A DNA stretch of 64,000 nucleotides from Bacillota bacterium (GCA_963666425.2 OY762825.2:256001-320000), one strand, 5' to 3'; positions 38,897 to 48,859 are shown, counted from the stretch's first letter. Numbers and translations: made by a program. Notes: generated from the sequence alone by a model not told the origin.

Positions 38897-39976
38897 TCAG
38901 TCAATTGAATCCGAAAGACAAATCAATGCCTTGTTGGTATGGTTAAAATTCTGATATCCTGTCTCTGTCACCATCACCATGTCTTCAATTCGAACCCCAC
39001 CCCATTGAGGAATATAGATCCCCGGTTCAATCGTAATCACGTGTCCTGCTTGTAAAACCACGTTGCCTGTTTTGCCGCAGCTTGGTGCTTCGTGCACATT
39101 TCTGCCAACACCATGACCCAAACCATGACCGAAATAGTCTCCATAACCTGCTTTGGTGATCACAGCGCGGGCGATCTGATCAAGCTCTTTGCCCATCAGA
39201 CCAGGTTTCACGGCTGCCAGTGTTTGCATATGCGCATCCAAAACAATCTGATAGATTTTTTTCTGTTCCTGGCTGGCTGTTCCGATCACCACGGTGCGTG
39301 TCATATCGGAACAATAACCTTGGTACTTGGCACCAAAATCCAACGTAAAGAAATCACCGTTTTGCAAGATTCGATCCGTCGGCTGACCATGCGGTAAAGA
39401 AGCGCGCGGACCGGAGGCAGCAATGATCTCAAAAGCCAAGCCATCGGCTCCCTGCTCCCGCATAAAGCGTTCCATTTCCAGAGCAACTTCACGTTCTGAG
39501 AGTCCGGCATGCAGGAAACCAAGAAGATGTAAGAAGGTACGCTCACTGATATCAGTGGCAGCCTGCATTTTAGCCAGTTCGTCTGTTGTCTTCACCATGC
39601 GAAGATTTTCTATATAACCGGTGAGCGGTATAAAAACAGACTGCGGGTTTTGTCTGATCATAGAAGTTGCCTGCGCATAGGTCAGGTTATCTTGTTCAAA
39701 ACCAATCTGGGTTATGTTTTGCTGCTGCAATAATTCCTTTACCGTGTTTTCCAATGATTCGTTTTGCCGAATCAGTTCGAAATCCGGCGCCTGCAGCGCT
39801 GCTTGTTCATAATAGCGAAAGTCTGTAATCAGAAAGCTGTGTTCCGCCGTAATCAGCAGCCAGCCGGATGTGCCGTTAAAGTTGCTCAGGTAAGCGCGGT
39901 TTTCCGGGTGCGTGACTAAAATCGCTTCGTACTGATTCTGCTGCATCGCTTGCCGCAGCTGCGATAAAAAGCTCAT
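38897..39976 (-). CDS. Xaa-Pro aminopeptidase (M24B, YqhT/PapA-like)
   Basis: [41 protein letters not shown]. Confidence 0.94.
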   Translation of the reverse strand: MSFLSQLRQAMQQNQYEAILVTHPENRAYLSNFNGTSGWLLITAEHSFLITDFRYYEQAALQAPDFELIRQNESLENTVKELLQQQNITQIGFEQDNLTYAQATSMIRQNPQSVFIPLTGYIENLRMVKTTDELAKMQAATDISERTFLHLLGFLHAGLSEREVALEMERFMREQGADGLAFEIIAASGPRASLPHGQPTDRILQNGDFFTLDFGAKYQGYCSDMTRTVVIGTASQEQKKIYQIVLDAHMQTLAAVKPGLMGKELDQIARAVITKAGYGDYFGHGLGHGVGRNVHEAPSCGKTGNVVLQAGHVITIEPGIYIPQWGGVRIEDMVMVTETGYQNFNHTNKALICLSDSID

Positions 39977-40014
39977 AATGATCCTCCTTCTCTGCAGTGA
40001 TCAAATCACAGTCA

Positions 40015-40043
40015 ATTTTACCATATTCTTGCTTGGGCTTCAA
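40015..40043 (-). promoter_or_regulatory. SigA promoter of the peptidase-efp operon
   Basis: TTGAAG-17-TAAAAT, extended -10. Confidence 0.6.
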
Positions 40044-40081
40044 CCAGAAAATTAAGATAGTAAAGCAGGAAGGCTGTCAGA

Positions 40082-40579
40082 TTATGTGGAGAATGCATTT
40101 TCTCTGATCACAACCCGGCCGGTCACCGGCTGGATGACAATTTGCAGTGTCTCACCCTGACGATTGCGGAGCGTAATACTGCCGCCTAAATTGATATTAC
40201 CATTGGCAAGAAAAGTAAAATCAAGCCTGCTTACCGTCACATCACTGCAGATCGTATAAGTTGGCTTGATCACAAAGACACCCCGGTAGCGGGCGAGCCG
40301 CTGCAGACCATCGGAACTTGTTGAACAAAGGATACGGATGCTGCAGTTTTCTTTGAGGGCTATCAACCTGGTCTGACGAATTTGCGCGGCGATTTCATGC
40401 GCTGTACTTTGCAGCTGCAGACTCGCCTGCATCCGCTGATAATTTGGCAGAGCCAGAACCAACAGCATAGCGAGCAACGCCAAGACAAGCAAGAGTTCAA
40501 TCAGCGTATAACCTAATTTAGCGCTGTGCAAAGGGGTCCCGGTTCGATAACCCAGAGAAAACGTCTTTTGCGTCCGCAT
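40082..40579 (-). CDS. Minor pilin (FimT/GspH/ComGD-like)
   Basis: Class III signal KLG|YTLIELL; C-terminal IVIQPVTGRV. Confidence 0.85.
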   Translation of the reverse strand: MRTQKTFSLGYRTGTPLHSAKLGYTLIELLLVLALLAMLLVLALPNYQRMQASLQLQSTAHEIAAQIRQTRLIALKENCSIRILCSTSSDGLQRLARYRGVFVIKPTYTICSDVTVSRLDFTFLANGNINLGGSITLRNRQGETLQIVIQPVTGRVVIRENAFST

Positions 40580-41159
40580 CGGATAAACCTCCCCGATCGA
40601 TCAGTATTTTGCCGTCCGATTCAAAATGAAGCAAATGGTCCTTCTCCGTTTCAGCTTCTGATTCATAGATCCCCCAGCTATCCGATAGTATCAAACATTT
40701 ATAAGCATACCAGCACTTTAGAAACTGCATTGTCTCTGTATAACTGCCCTTGGTTTCCAGACGAAAAGTAACTTCACGGCTGGTTTGAGCAGGATCCAAA
40801 GCTTTTGGATCACTTAATTCAATCAGTTGGATGACGACGCCGCTTGCTTTTGCTGTATCATCCATGAATTGCAGGAATGCTGCGATAGAAAAAAAGGCAC
40901 CCGGACTGCACGCCGAGTTCGCTAAAGCTTGCTGCAGCTGTTCAATTTCCAGACTCAATTGTTCCTTTTGTGCTTGATCAAGTCCTGATTGACTGGCAGT
41001 CAGTGTCTGTTGGTAAAAATTTTCACTAGAGCGATATTCCTGCAGGATCGGCAAATAGAAATGGTTCAGCAGAGTGATGCTGAGTATAAGCAAAAACAAG
41101 CCGAGCAGAAAGAGCTCCCGTTTGGATAAATGTAGTGGTTTGCGCGCGTCGGTATTCAT
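40518..41159 (-). CDS. PilO-like assembly protein
   Basis: LSKRE followed by TM, coiled coil, KGSY...FL; follows PilM and PilN. Confidence 0.7.
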   Translation of the reverse strand: MNTDARKPLHLSKRELFLLGLFLLILSITLLNHFYLPILQEYRSSENFYQQTLTASQSGLDQAQKEQLSLEIEQLQQALANSACSPGAFFSIAAFLQFMDDTAKASGVVIQLIELSDPKALDPAQTSREVTFRLETKGSYTETMQFLKCWYAYKCLILSDSWGIYESEAETEKDHLLHFESDGKILIDRGGLSDADAKDVFSGLSNRDPFAQR

Positions 41160-41704
41160 GACACGTCCCTGTTTTTGCTTAAATTCAAACGCAGCGTGAA
41201 CTCCCAATTTTGGTTTTCTGTCTTGAAAGCAGGATTGCTTCTCTGCAGCTTCGTCAAGTTACATTCAGCATAAAACGCATGCAGTTCCATATTTTGCAGC
41301 AAGAGAACAACCTCCTGCAGCTGCTCGCTGGTTCCGGACAGTTCAATTTCATTTTCGTGATAATCAAGCCGCTGCAAAGTAACTGTCGTTGGCAGGAATT
41401 GCATCATCTGTGCCAGCAGCGGCAACGCATGCCGCTCTGCAGAAACATTTGCCTGCACCATTTGAACCGCGATCTCTTGCTGCAGGCGATCGCGCTCTGC
41501 CAACAAAATACTAAGTTCCTGCTGCGGGTCGCTCTGCAGCAGCAGGTTGGTCTGCTGCTGCAGCTTTTTACTCTCCAACTGCAGCAGAAAACTGCTGCCA
41601 AGTAGAAAGAAAAGCATGCCGATGATCAAACAAACAAGCAAATAAGTCTGCCAGGTGCATTCCGGTTGACGGTGCAAAGACTGCGGTAAAAAATTGATTT
41701 TCAT
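41156..41704 (-). CDS. PilN-like assembly protein
   Basis: N-terminal INFLP PilM-binding motif, TM, coiled coil, LP..V.L, I.L.G. Confidence 0.8.
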   Translation of the reverse strand: MKINFLPQSLHRQPECTWQTYLLVCLIIGMLFFLLGSSFLLQLESKKLQQQTNLLLQSDPQQELSILLAERDRLQQEIAVQMVQANVSAERHALPLLAQMMQFLPTTVTLQRLDYHENEIELSGTSEQLQEVVLLLQNMELHAFYAECNLTKLQRSNPAFKTENQNWEFTLRLNLSKNRDVS

Positions 41705-42681
41705 CACCACTCCTCCTGACCAAGAGAATTCAGCATTAAGCCATAGGCTGCGATTGCGCTGGGATTCCATTCCCGACCTAACAACTGCTTCGTTTGAAAA
41801 AAACGTTCCTGAAGAAACGCAGCCAATGAAATCAAGCGCGTGGCAGTGCTGTCAATCAGCAATTTGCGTAATTCTGTCGCTAACGCTGCAAATTGATCTT
41901 CACTATCCTGCGGCAACAGCAAATAGAGCTCACTCAGCAAGGCACTCTTCGTTTCAGCTCGGTAAAAGTTCAAAAAGGCTGCCGCGTCTGGCAGGAGATG
42001 CAGAAAAACAGGTGATTGCAGATTGGTCAGAATATCACTTGAGGTCAGATTATGCTGTCTGCGCAGAATACCATCATAAAAAATACTGCATTCAATCGGG
42101 TCACTGGTGAAATCCAAAATTGCCTGATAAGCAGCAGCCTTTTCTGCTGACACTGGCAAACAGCGATAGAGAGCATTTGAGCGCAGATCCAGCGTCTGCA
42201 GTTGCCGCCCCGTTGATTGCAGGTGCAGCAGCAAAGTGTAAATCGGCTCTTTTGGCAGTGCATATAAGAAAAGCTGAATTTGATTGAGTGCTTTCCTTTG
42301 TTTTTCTTTGAGCGGGTAAACAGCAAAATCAAAAAGACATTCCTGCGTAGTCCAATTGAAATATTGTTCGATTTCGTTAGCAGCGACCTTTTTTAAATCG
42401 CTTTCTTTCATATAAGGCATCAAGGGCAATTCTTTCAGCCTCGACGGATACCCCGTGGCACACAGAGAAATCGTCGCTTGCCTGCCCGGGTCAAATTGAT
42501 CCAGCTGCTGACAAAGAGCAGTCAAAGAATCGCTGTCCTGCCATAGATTGAAGCCGGCAGAAAAAGAACGGAGGCAGACGCCTTGCTTTCGATTTAATTC
42601 CCGCAAAACACCATATTGCTTTTTCGCGCCTAAATCAAGACCAAACTGCAGCAAATTGTGTGAAAAATTCTTCCATCTCAT
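41704..42681 (-). CDS. PilM-like actin-fold protein (divergent)
   Basis: GLDLG start, LPLMP, FDFAV, AAYGLML end; position before pilN. Confidence 0.7.
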   Translation of the reverse strand: MRWKNFSHNLLQFGLDLGAKKQYGVLRELNRKQGVCLRSFSAGFNLWQDSDSLTALCQQLDQFDPGRQATISLCATGYPSRLKELPLMPYMKESDLKKVAANEIEQYFNWTTQECLFDFAVYPLKEKQRKALNQIQLFLYALPKEPIYTLLLHLQSTGRQLQTLDLRSNALYRCLPVSAEKAAAYQAILDFTSDPIECSIFYDGILRRQHNLTSSDILTNLQSPVFLHLLPDAAAFLNFYRAETKSALLSELYLLLPQDSEDQFAALATELRKLLIDSTATRLISLAAFLQERFFQTKQLLGREWNPSAIAAYGLMLNSLGQEEW

Positions 42682-42685
42682 GGCT

Positions 42686-43222
42686 TCACCTCGTTACTTT
42701 CAGACAATTTCGCAAATAGAAGGATTGCTCTGCCCGGAAGGGCCGCTCCGTTGCGGCAGTGAAAACAACCTGCAATAATCGTCTGCCATTACGGCTGAAA
42801 ACACCGACAGTGAATTCCTCCATATAAAGTGCAGCTTGAATTTTCCCGGATGTGGAAGCGGTATGAATTTCTTCATAGAAAATCTGCGTAGCCGTATTTA
42901 AGTAGAAATCAACCCTCTTGTTCTTCTGATCTATACTGTCCCAATAATACATACGCAGGATAGGACTCGATAGCATACTTTGCGGTAAAACTTCTACGCT
43001 CTGCGCAAAGGAAGCATAATGTGCAATGCGTTCCAATGCTGCGTCGGCCTGTTGTTCTACCTCATTGCTCACACTCTCCTGCCGCCAAAGCTGAAGGTTA
43101 CTTTTCACTGCATCTGTCAAAATGTAAAAGATCATCGCCGTGATTGCCAAAGCCAAAAGCAATTCCACCAGGGTAAAACCATGTTTAGTGCGAATAGAAA
43201 AAATCGAGCCAGGTTTCTGCAT
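42686..43222 (-). CDS. Minor pilin (PilW/GspJ-like)
   Basis: KHG|FTLVELLLALAI. Confidence 0.85.
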   Translation of the reverse strand: MQKPGSIFSIRTKHGFTLVELLLALAITAMIFYILTDAVKSNLQLWRQESVSNEVEQQADAALERIAHYASFAQSVEVLPQSMLSSPILRMYYWDSIDQKNKRVDFYLNTATQIFYEEIHTASTSGKIQAALYMEEFTVGVFSRNGRRLLQVVFTAATERPFRAEQSFYLRNCLKVTR

Positions 43223-43592
43223 GCTCTTTCGTGCCTCCGATCTGAGCAACACGCAGGCGCAGGATGACTAAATTTCCGTCTGCCTTGACCTCTAGGATTT
43301 GCCATGTTTTGCGGTATTCTGCTGTGTTGGTGGTTTGTGTTTCCACCAACTTATGTTCTGACGAAGATTCAATTTGTTCCAAGACGCTCGGAGCGGAAAA
43401 GGCATAAAATTCTTCTAAAGCAGAACGGATGATCATGTCAAGCTGTTCCGTAGAGAAAGCGGTTCTCAAATCTTGGTTGCTCTGATTGTTCAGTAATAAG
43501 ACTGGAATCAGTAAAAAACCGATCAACGCTAATGAGAGGACTGCTTCCAAAAGCGCGATCCCCTTTTTTGGCCCTGGTTGTTTCATCTTCAT
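43185..43592 (-). CDS. Minor pilin (PilV/GspI-like)
   Basis: KKG|IALLEAVLSLAL. Confidence 0.75.
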   Translation of the reverse strand: MKMKQPGPKKGIALLEAVLSLALIGFLLIPVLLLNNQSNQDLRTAFSTEQLDMIIRSALEEFYAFSAPSVLEQIESSSEHKLVETQTTNTAEYRKTWQILEVKADGNLVILRLRVAQIGGTKEHAETWLDFFYSH

Positions 43593-44665
43593 TCACCTGC
43601 CAGTGCAGAGAAAATATGCCGGTATTCGGTGCAATAAACAAAATTTTGCCAAAACAAGACTTCATCCGTCGTTACTCCGCTGAAATTGAACCAATAAAGC
43701 AAGTCCGCTGTGGTATTTGGATCGGGTACTAAGCTCAAGTTCGCCTGCCGCAGAATCAGCCTGTCAGCGTAGAGGAAACCAGTGCAGTGAATGGTCTGCT
43801 CCGGCCGCGCCAGAATGGTCAGAGATCCAAGACAATAGAGCGAAGGCAGGCTGATCTCATCGTCTGCTGAGGTCAGATCAAGCATTAGGTTTTCTGCAGC
43901 CAGCAGGGTATCCACCGGCTGTTCCAAGTGATATTCCTGTTCGTTCGCAATATAGAACAATTTCCTCGCTTGTAAGCCATTCTGCGTCAGAACAGAATAG
44001 GTCAGCAACCGATTCTCGCTCGGCAGTACCTCTCCTTCGCTGAGGATCCCGGACGCCGTTAAAATCGGCTGAAATAAAATTTCTGTCGGTTCGATTTCTC
44101 TTTTCAGCTGCAATCGGCTGAGCAAGGGCTGATAAGATGCTGCCAAAAGGAATTCGATCGATTCTGTGTCAGTAGTCAGAATTACACCTTCCTGCAGCGC
44201 AAGGTCCGAGGTAAAAAAAGAACCGGTGCCTGTGACAGGATATGTCACCCAGGCAACCGGCCGTTTGACCTCGGTGGCAGCAAGCAACAAAACACCGTGC
44301 AATCGGTAGTAAGTTTGCTGATACTGACCGATGGTATCGATGGTTAATTCTTGTCTACTCGGGTTATAACTGATATTTGCCTGGCAACTGCCATCGTTCA
44401 GGCTGAATTCCGCCGTTATTCTTGCTTCACCGCTCCAACCTTTGGCTTGACAGTTTTGCTTGACAGACGTCATCGCCCATTCCCAAGCACTTTGAGCATT
44501 ATAAAGAGCCAAGGTCTCCGCGTGTTGGTTGTGGGCGAGCCAGATTTGCATGCGGTCGTAACCGAAAACAGTAACGGCAAGAAAAATCAGTAAACCGCAG
44601 GAAATCAAGGTCAGGCTAAGGATACTGCCTCGCTTTTGCTGATCCGGTGTTATAAATCTTTTCAT
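43589..44665 (-). CDS. Large minor pilin (PilX/GspK-like)
   Basis: KRG|SILSLTL lacking Glu5, ALYNAQSA helix motif. Confidence 0.7.
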   Translation of the reverse strand: MKRFITPDQQKRGSILSLTLISCGLLIFLAVTVFGYDRMQIWLAHNQHAETLALYNAQSAWEWAMTSVKQNCQAKGWSGEARITAEFSLNDGSCQANISYNPSRQELTIDTIGQYQQTYYRLHGVLLLAATEVKRPVAWVTYPVTGTGSFFTSDLALQEGVILTTDTESIEFLLAASYQPLLSRLQLKREIEPTEILFQPILTASGILSEGEVLPSENRLLTYSVLTQNGLQARKLFYIANEQEYHLEQPVDTLLAAENLMLDLTSADDEISLPSLYCLGSLTILARPEQTIHCTGFLYADRLILRQANLSLVPDPNTTADLLYWFNFSGVTTDEVLFWQNFVYCTEYRHIFSALAGE

Positions 44666-45042
44666 TGCAGTCTTTTTTGCTCAAAAATTAAAACCGCAAA
44701 AAACAAAATCAGTGTCACCAAACATGTTGAGATCAGCAATGCCAAGGGAGACGGTGATAAAAGCCAGCAGAGTGACCACGCCGCAACGCTGCCAACCTCT
44801 AGCCAAAAATAGCGCGCTGCGATCGGCTGCTGACAATAACGGCAGCGTCCCTTTAGAAACAACCAACTAAACACCGGAACCAGATCCAGCGGTGCCAAGA
44901 GGTGACCGCAGTCGCAGCAATGCGAACGTCCCATCAGCGATTCATGATGCGGCAAACGCCAGACCAGCATATTAAGAAAAGAACCGATACAGGCGGCCAA
45001 TACTAAATAGAACGGTAAAAAAGGGATGTAGATGCTATTCAT
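44662..45042 (-). CDS. Prepilin peptidase N-terminal (Zn-binding) half only
   Basis: GSFLN...RLP, RSHCCDC, LVPVFSWLFLKGRCRYC; ends before the A24 catalytic aspartates. Confidence 0.85.
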   Translation of the reverse strand: MNSIYIPFLPFYLVLAACIGSFLNMLVWRLPHHESLMGRSHCCDCGHLLAPLDLVPVFSWLFLKGRCRYCQQPIAARYFWLEVGSVAAWSLCWLLSPSPLALLISTCLVTLILFFAVLIFEQKRLQ

Positions 45043-45416
45043 TCTGTAAAATTCACCCTGCTTATTTCAGTTTCTCCATCTTTGATGATGATTTGTTTTG
45101 GTTTTGAACTCTTGTCGAGGATATAAATCAAGCTAAGATCCTTTACTTCCACCTGATAGGCAGCAAAATCCGCTTGATCGAGAGCACCATTTTCCGGCAG
45201 CACAGGACTGATCCCTTTCAATTCATCAACGAGCATGGCTCGTTCGATGGCGGCTATAATCTGATACGCATCCAATTCTGCTTTTTTTAGCCGCGCTTCC
45301 TGATAAGTAGCAAGTACTTTTGGCACCGCCAAAGTGCAAAGCAGCGCTAGAATTCCTAACACAACGAGAATCTCAATCAATGTGAAACCGGATTTTACCT
45401 TTCGCTTTTTCCTCAT
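45039..45416 (-). CDS. Major type IV pilin / ComGC-like
   Basis: Basic leader RKKRKVKSG|FTLIEILVVLGIL...VP. Confidence 0.88.
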   Translation of the reverse strand: MRKKRKVKSGFTLIEILVVLGILALLCTLAVPKVLATYQEARLKKAELDAYQIIAAIERAMLVDELKGISPVLPENGALDQADFAAYQVEVKDLSLIYILDKSSKPKQIIIKDGETEISRVNFTE

Positions 45417-45432
45417 AACCACCCTTCTTTCT

Positions 45433-46656
45433 TTATCCTACCAGATCAATTCCTTGCCACTGGTTCAGCATCGGCAGCAGAATCGAGATGGCAATCCAGC
45501 CAATAAAAAGAGAAATCATTAAAATCAGAATTGGTTCGAGCAGACGGTTGATTTTTTCATAGGTCATCCTAATTTCCAGATCGTAATAAGCAGCCGCTTC
45601 CTGCAGCAGTGGTGCTAAACTGCCACCGTTCTCACCAACACGCAGCAGTGAGATGAAACCCGGGGGAAGATTAGGTATCAATGCTAAACTCGCGCTGAAA
45701 GATCGGCCCAACCGCACCTGCTGACTCGCAGCTGCAATCCCTTGCCGCAGCAGCAGAGACCCCATTACCTCAGCCGCCAAATCCAGTGAAGAAAGCATTT
45801 CGCTGCCGCTCTCCAGCAAGAGAGCCAGCGTGCGGGAAAAATGACTCCACTCTTGTTTGCAGGCGAGCGATCCCAAGAGTGGCCACCGATAAAGGATTGC
45901 TTCCGCTCTGCAGCGGAAGCTGGCTTGTTCCCAGAAGAAACGAATCGTCAAAGCAGCAAGCAGGATCAGCAGCAGAAGCAGAGGCCAAAAGTTTAGTAAA
46001 AAAGCAGAAGTCTGCAGCAGCAGCCGTGTGGCAAAAGGCAGCGTCTCCGGAGTTGCTGCCGATAGAGTAAGCAAGCTTGGGATCACAAAGGTAATCAGAA
46101 AAATACAGACTGTGATGGCCACCATCAATAAAACAACCGGATAAAGCATAGCATTCTCAACTTTGCGTTTCATTTCGTCTTCCTGTAAATAATAAGCCGC
46201 CAACTGCCGAAAGACACTTTCCCAATGACCGCTTATTTCTCCCGCCTTCAGCGAACTAACGAAGAATTGCGGTACGTTGGGGACCCAATGCTGTAAGCTT
46301 TGCGCAAAGCTTTCTCCTCTGTCCAAAGCCGCGATCAGATTGGCATAAAAGGAACGCCGATTCGGCTGATTGGCTTCCTCACTGAAAATAATCAGAGCAT
46401 CTCGCAAAGTCACTCCTGCTGACAGCAAATGAGCCAGTTGTTTGGCGAAAATGTGCAGTTCATAGAGAGTGAAAGAGCGGTTTCGCTGCCAATGAGCAAG
46501 CCATTGCCGTCCAGTAGTGGCCGCATACACAGTCACAAGATAATTATGTTCCTGCCACAATTGTTTAGCTGCAGTCTGTTGTGAATCTGCCCAAAGTGTC
46601 CCTTCCCGTACTGTTCCGTCCGGACGGATGATACGATAACAGAATAATCTCTGCGT
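45433..46656 (-). CDS. pilC: PilC/GspF platform protein; inferred ACG start at 46656 (first canonical start is TTG 46560)
   Basis: QLAHLLSAG, GEISG, AMLYP, LPFATR, GENGGSL, LLEP; PilC-like N-terminus FCYRIIRPDGTVREGTLWADS upstream of 46560. Confidence 0.85.
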   Translation of the reverse strand, partial: TQRLFCYRIIRPDGTVREGTLWADSQQTAAKQLWQEHNYLVTVYAATTGRQWLAHWQRNRSFTLYELHIFAKQLAHLLSAGVTLRDALIIFSEEANQPNRRSFYANLIAALDRGESFAQSLQHWVPNVPQFFVSSLKAGEISGHWESVFRQLAAYYLQEDEMKRKVENAMLYPVVLLMVAITVCIFLITFVIPSLLTLSAATPETLPFATRLLLQTSAFLLNFWPLLLLLILLAALTIRFFWEQASFRCRAEAILYRWPLLGSLACKQEWSHFSRTLALLLESGSEMLSSLDLAAEVMGSLLLRQGIAAASQQVRLGRSFSASLALIPNLPPGFISLLRVGENGGSLAPLLQEAAAYYDLEIRMTYEKINRLLEPILILMISLFIGWIAISILLPMLNQWQGIDLVG

Positions 46657-46660
46657 CTCC

Positions 46661-48334
46661 TCACCTTCTCTTGTTTTGACTCTGCTGCGGCAGCAGCTTG
46701 AATACTTCCGTCAGTGTTGTATCACCATGAAAACACTTTTCCAAAGCATCCAGATAAATCGGTACCATACCGGCGCTGCGGGACGCTGCTCTTAAGGTTG
46801 AGATATCTGCCTTCCTCAGCGTCAATGCCCGTAATTCTTCCGTATATGGCAGCAATTCAAATACACCGGTACGACCGATATAACCCGTACCGCTGCATTT
46901 GCTGCAGCCAATCGTTTCACGAATCAGCGTCAAAGGCAGTTTCTTATCCGCCGGAAACAGATCTGCATAAGAGCTGCTTTCGGCAGCCGTCAAGACAGAA
47001 CAATGCGGACATGCCAAACGGACCAGGCGCTGTGATAAAATACCGATCAAAGAAGAAGCAATCAAATAAGGTTCCAACCCCATTTCCAACAGTCGGGTGA
47101 TGGCTCCCGGTGCATCATTGGTATGCAGCGTGCTGAAGACCAAATGGCCGGTTAAAGCCGCCTGCAAGGCAGCTTCAGCCGTCTCAGTGTCTCTGATTTC
47201 CCCAACAAAAATAATATTGGGATCCTGGCGCAAGACCGATCGCAGACCACGGGCGAAACCAAACTCAATTTTTGGATTGACCTGTACTTGATTGATGCCA
47301 GCCAGGCGGTATTCGACCGGATCCTCAATGCTGACTACGTTGTTTTTTTCGCGATCCAATTGCTGCAGTGTGGTATAAAGAGTTGTTGTTTTACCGGAAG
47401 CAGTGGGCCCGCAAACCAGAATGATGCCATGAGTGCTCTGAATTAATTTTTGAAAGGTGGCTGTCACCTGCTCCGACATGCCAAGTTGATGAAAATTACT
47501 CAAGAGGAACTCTCGCCGCAGCAGCCGCACGACTGCTTTTTCACCATGAATTAAGGGTAAGGTGGAAAGGCGCATATCAATTTCTTCCATTTGAATCAAT
47601 TGGCTAAACTGACCATCCTGCGGCAGCCTTCGCTCTGCAATGTTCAAACCAGCCCATAATTTTAATCTGGATAGAAAAACAGACTTGTATTCCTCAGCAT
47701 AGAGACGATGGATATGCAGTTCACCGTCAACCCGGAAACGAATGCGCAGTCCCTTTTCCAAAGGCTCAAAATGAATATCGGTTGCTCGTTCGATGACAGC
47801 AGCCAAAAAAATAGCTGTCAATTCATCCTGTTCCGCACCAAGCGTTGAAAAAGCGGCAGTTGGTGCCTGATTTTCAGCGTTTTGTTCAGCAAACAATGCC
47901 GGTGCAGTCTGCTGATATAACTGCTGATAGATCCGCTGCCAATCTTGGCGAGCAATCAAAATCGTTGACACCTGCAGATTATAACTAAATTGAATCGTTT
48001 GGAAAATTTGTAAATTGAATGGATCATCAACCGCAATTTTCAGAACATTGCCTTGCAGAGCCAGCGGCAGACAAATCCATTTTGCCGCCATATCTGCATC
48101 AATCCAGCGTGCCAATTTCTCATCGGCAAGAAAATCGCGAAAATAAAATACTTCCAGGTGCAGACTCTGGCTATAGAGTTCTTTCAGATCCTCTTCTTTC
48201 AATTTCAGCGTCTGCAGCAGATACTGCGTAACGGAGTGGCCTTGACTTTGCGTTTCGATTAAATCCTGATGAAATTGTTCCGTCAGTGGGAAACGAGTCA
48301 ATAAAAAGGAGAAAAGAGTATCGATTGAAAACAT
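46661..48334 (-). CDS. pilB: PilB/GspE/ComGA assembly ATPase
   Basis: TDIHFEP, RRLPQDG, GPTASGKTTT, IEDPVE, LRQDP, GEIRD, TGHLV.STLH, tetracysteine motif. Confidence 0.93.
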   Translation of the reverse strand: MFSIDTLFSFLLTRFPLTEQFHQDLIETQSQGHSVTQYLLQTLKLKEEDLKELYSQSLHLEVFYFRDFLADEKLARWIDADMAAKWICLPLALQGNVLKIAVDDPFNLQIFQTIQFSYNLQVSTILIARQDWQRIYQQLYQQTAPALFAEQNAENQAPTAAFSTLGAEQDELTAIFLAAVIERATDIHFEPLEKGLRIRFRVDGELHIHRLYAEEYKSVFLSRLKLWAGLNIAERRLPQDGQFSQLIQMEEIDMRLSTLPLIHGEKAVVRLLRREFLLSNFHQLGMSEQVTATFQKLIQSTHGIILVCGPTASGKTTTLYTTLQQLDREKNNVVSIEDPVEYRLAGINQVQVNPKIEFGFARGLRSVLRQDPNIIFVGEIRDTETAEAALQAALTGHLVFSTLHTNDAPGAITRLLEMGLEPYLIASSLIGILSQRLVRLACPHCSVLTAAESSSYADLFPADKKLPLTLIRETIGCSKCSGTGYIGRTGVFELLPYTEELRALTLRKADISTLRAASRSAGMVPIYLDALEKCFHGDTTLTEVFKLLPQQSQNKRR

Positions 48335-48356
48335 ACTCTTCCCTCCTGTAAACAAT

Positions 48357-48734
48357 TTATATTTTTGGTTTTTTTACTTTTTTCAGAGGCAACTCGCTGC
48401 TTTTTTCCTCAGTTTTCTGATTCACTTTTGGCTTTTTATCTTCTTTTTTATCTGCCTGTCGATCACCGAGCCGGCTGAATTTACCGGGTTCTCTAGGCAT
48501 GAACAGCAGCATGATGCCAATTGCCAAGGTTTGAACCACAACAGGCCCCCAAGTAGGATTGATCCAGTCTTTTCCAACCAAATAAGTACTGACAACATTC
48601 ACCAGTATGGTGGAAAGGAACATGCCACCAAACCAATAAATCCAAGAAGTCATCGGCTTAACATATTTCCGAAACAAAAGGTTAATGCCAATAGAACCTA
48701 CCAGCATAATAGAAATTTGTGTGATTGCGTCCAT
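48357..48734 (-). CDS. Hypothetical 3-TM membrane protein with a Lys-rich tail
   Basis: AAAGGA RBS, hydrophobic segments; ends just upstream of the pilB RBS. Confidence 0.7.
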   Translation of the reverse strand: MDAITQISIMLVGSIGINLLFRKYVKPMTSWIYWFGGMFLSTILVNVVSTYLVGKDWINPTWGPVVVQTLAIGIMLLFMPREPGKFSRLGDRQADKKEDKKPKVNQKTEEKSSELPLKKVKKPKI

Positions 48735-48831
48735 GCGATTCCATCCTTTCAATCAATCGATTTACCCTATGCAAAGCAGCCTGTTATCCCAGCGCTGCAA
48801 ATTCTTTGGATTACATTCGGAATGATTTCTA

Positions 48832-48859
48832 TTTCGGCATTCCTCCTTCCTCTTCCTTC
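48832..48859 (-). promoter_or_regulatory. SigH-like promoter heading the pilus operon
   Basis: GAAGGA-N15-GCCGAAA. Confidence 0.45.

Noticed and set aside
48735-48830. c-di-GMP riboswitch ahead of the pilus operon or the kinase cluster
   Set aside because: Only a short GCAGC/GCTGC stem; class I and class II consensus elements were not found
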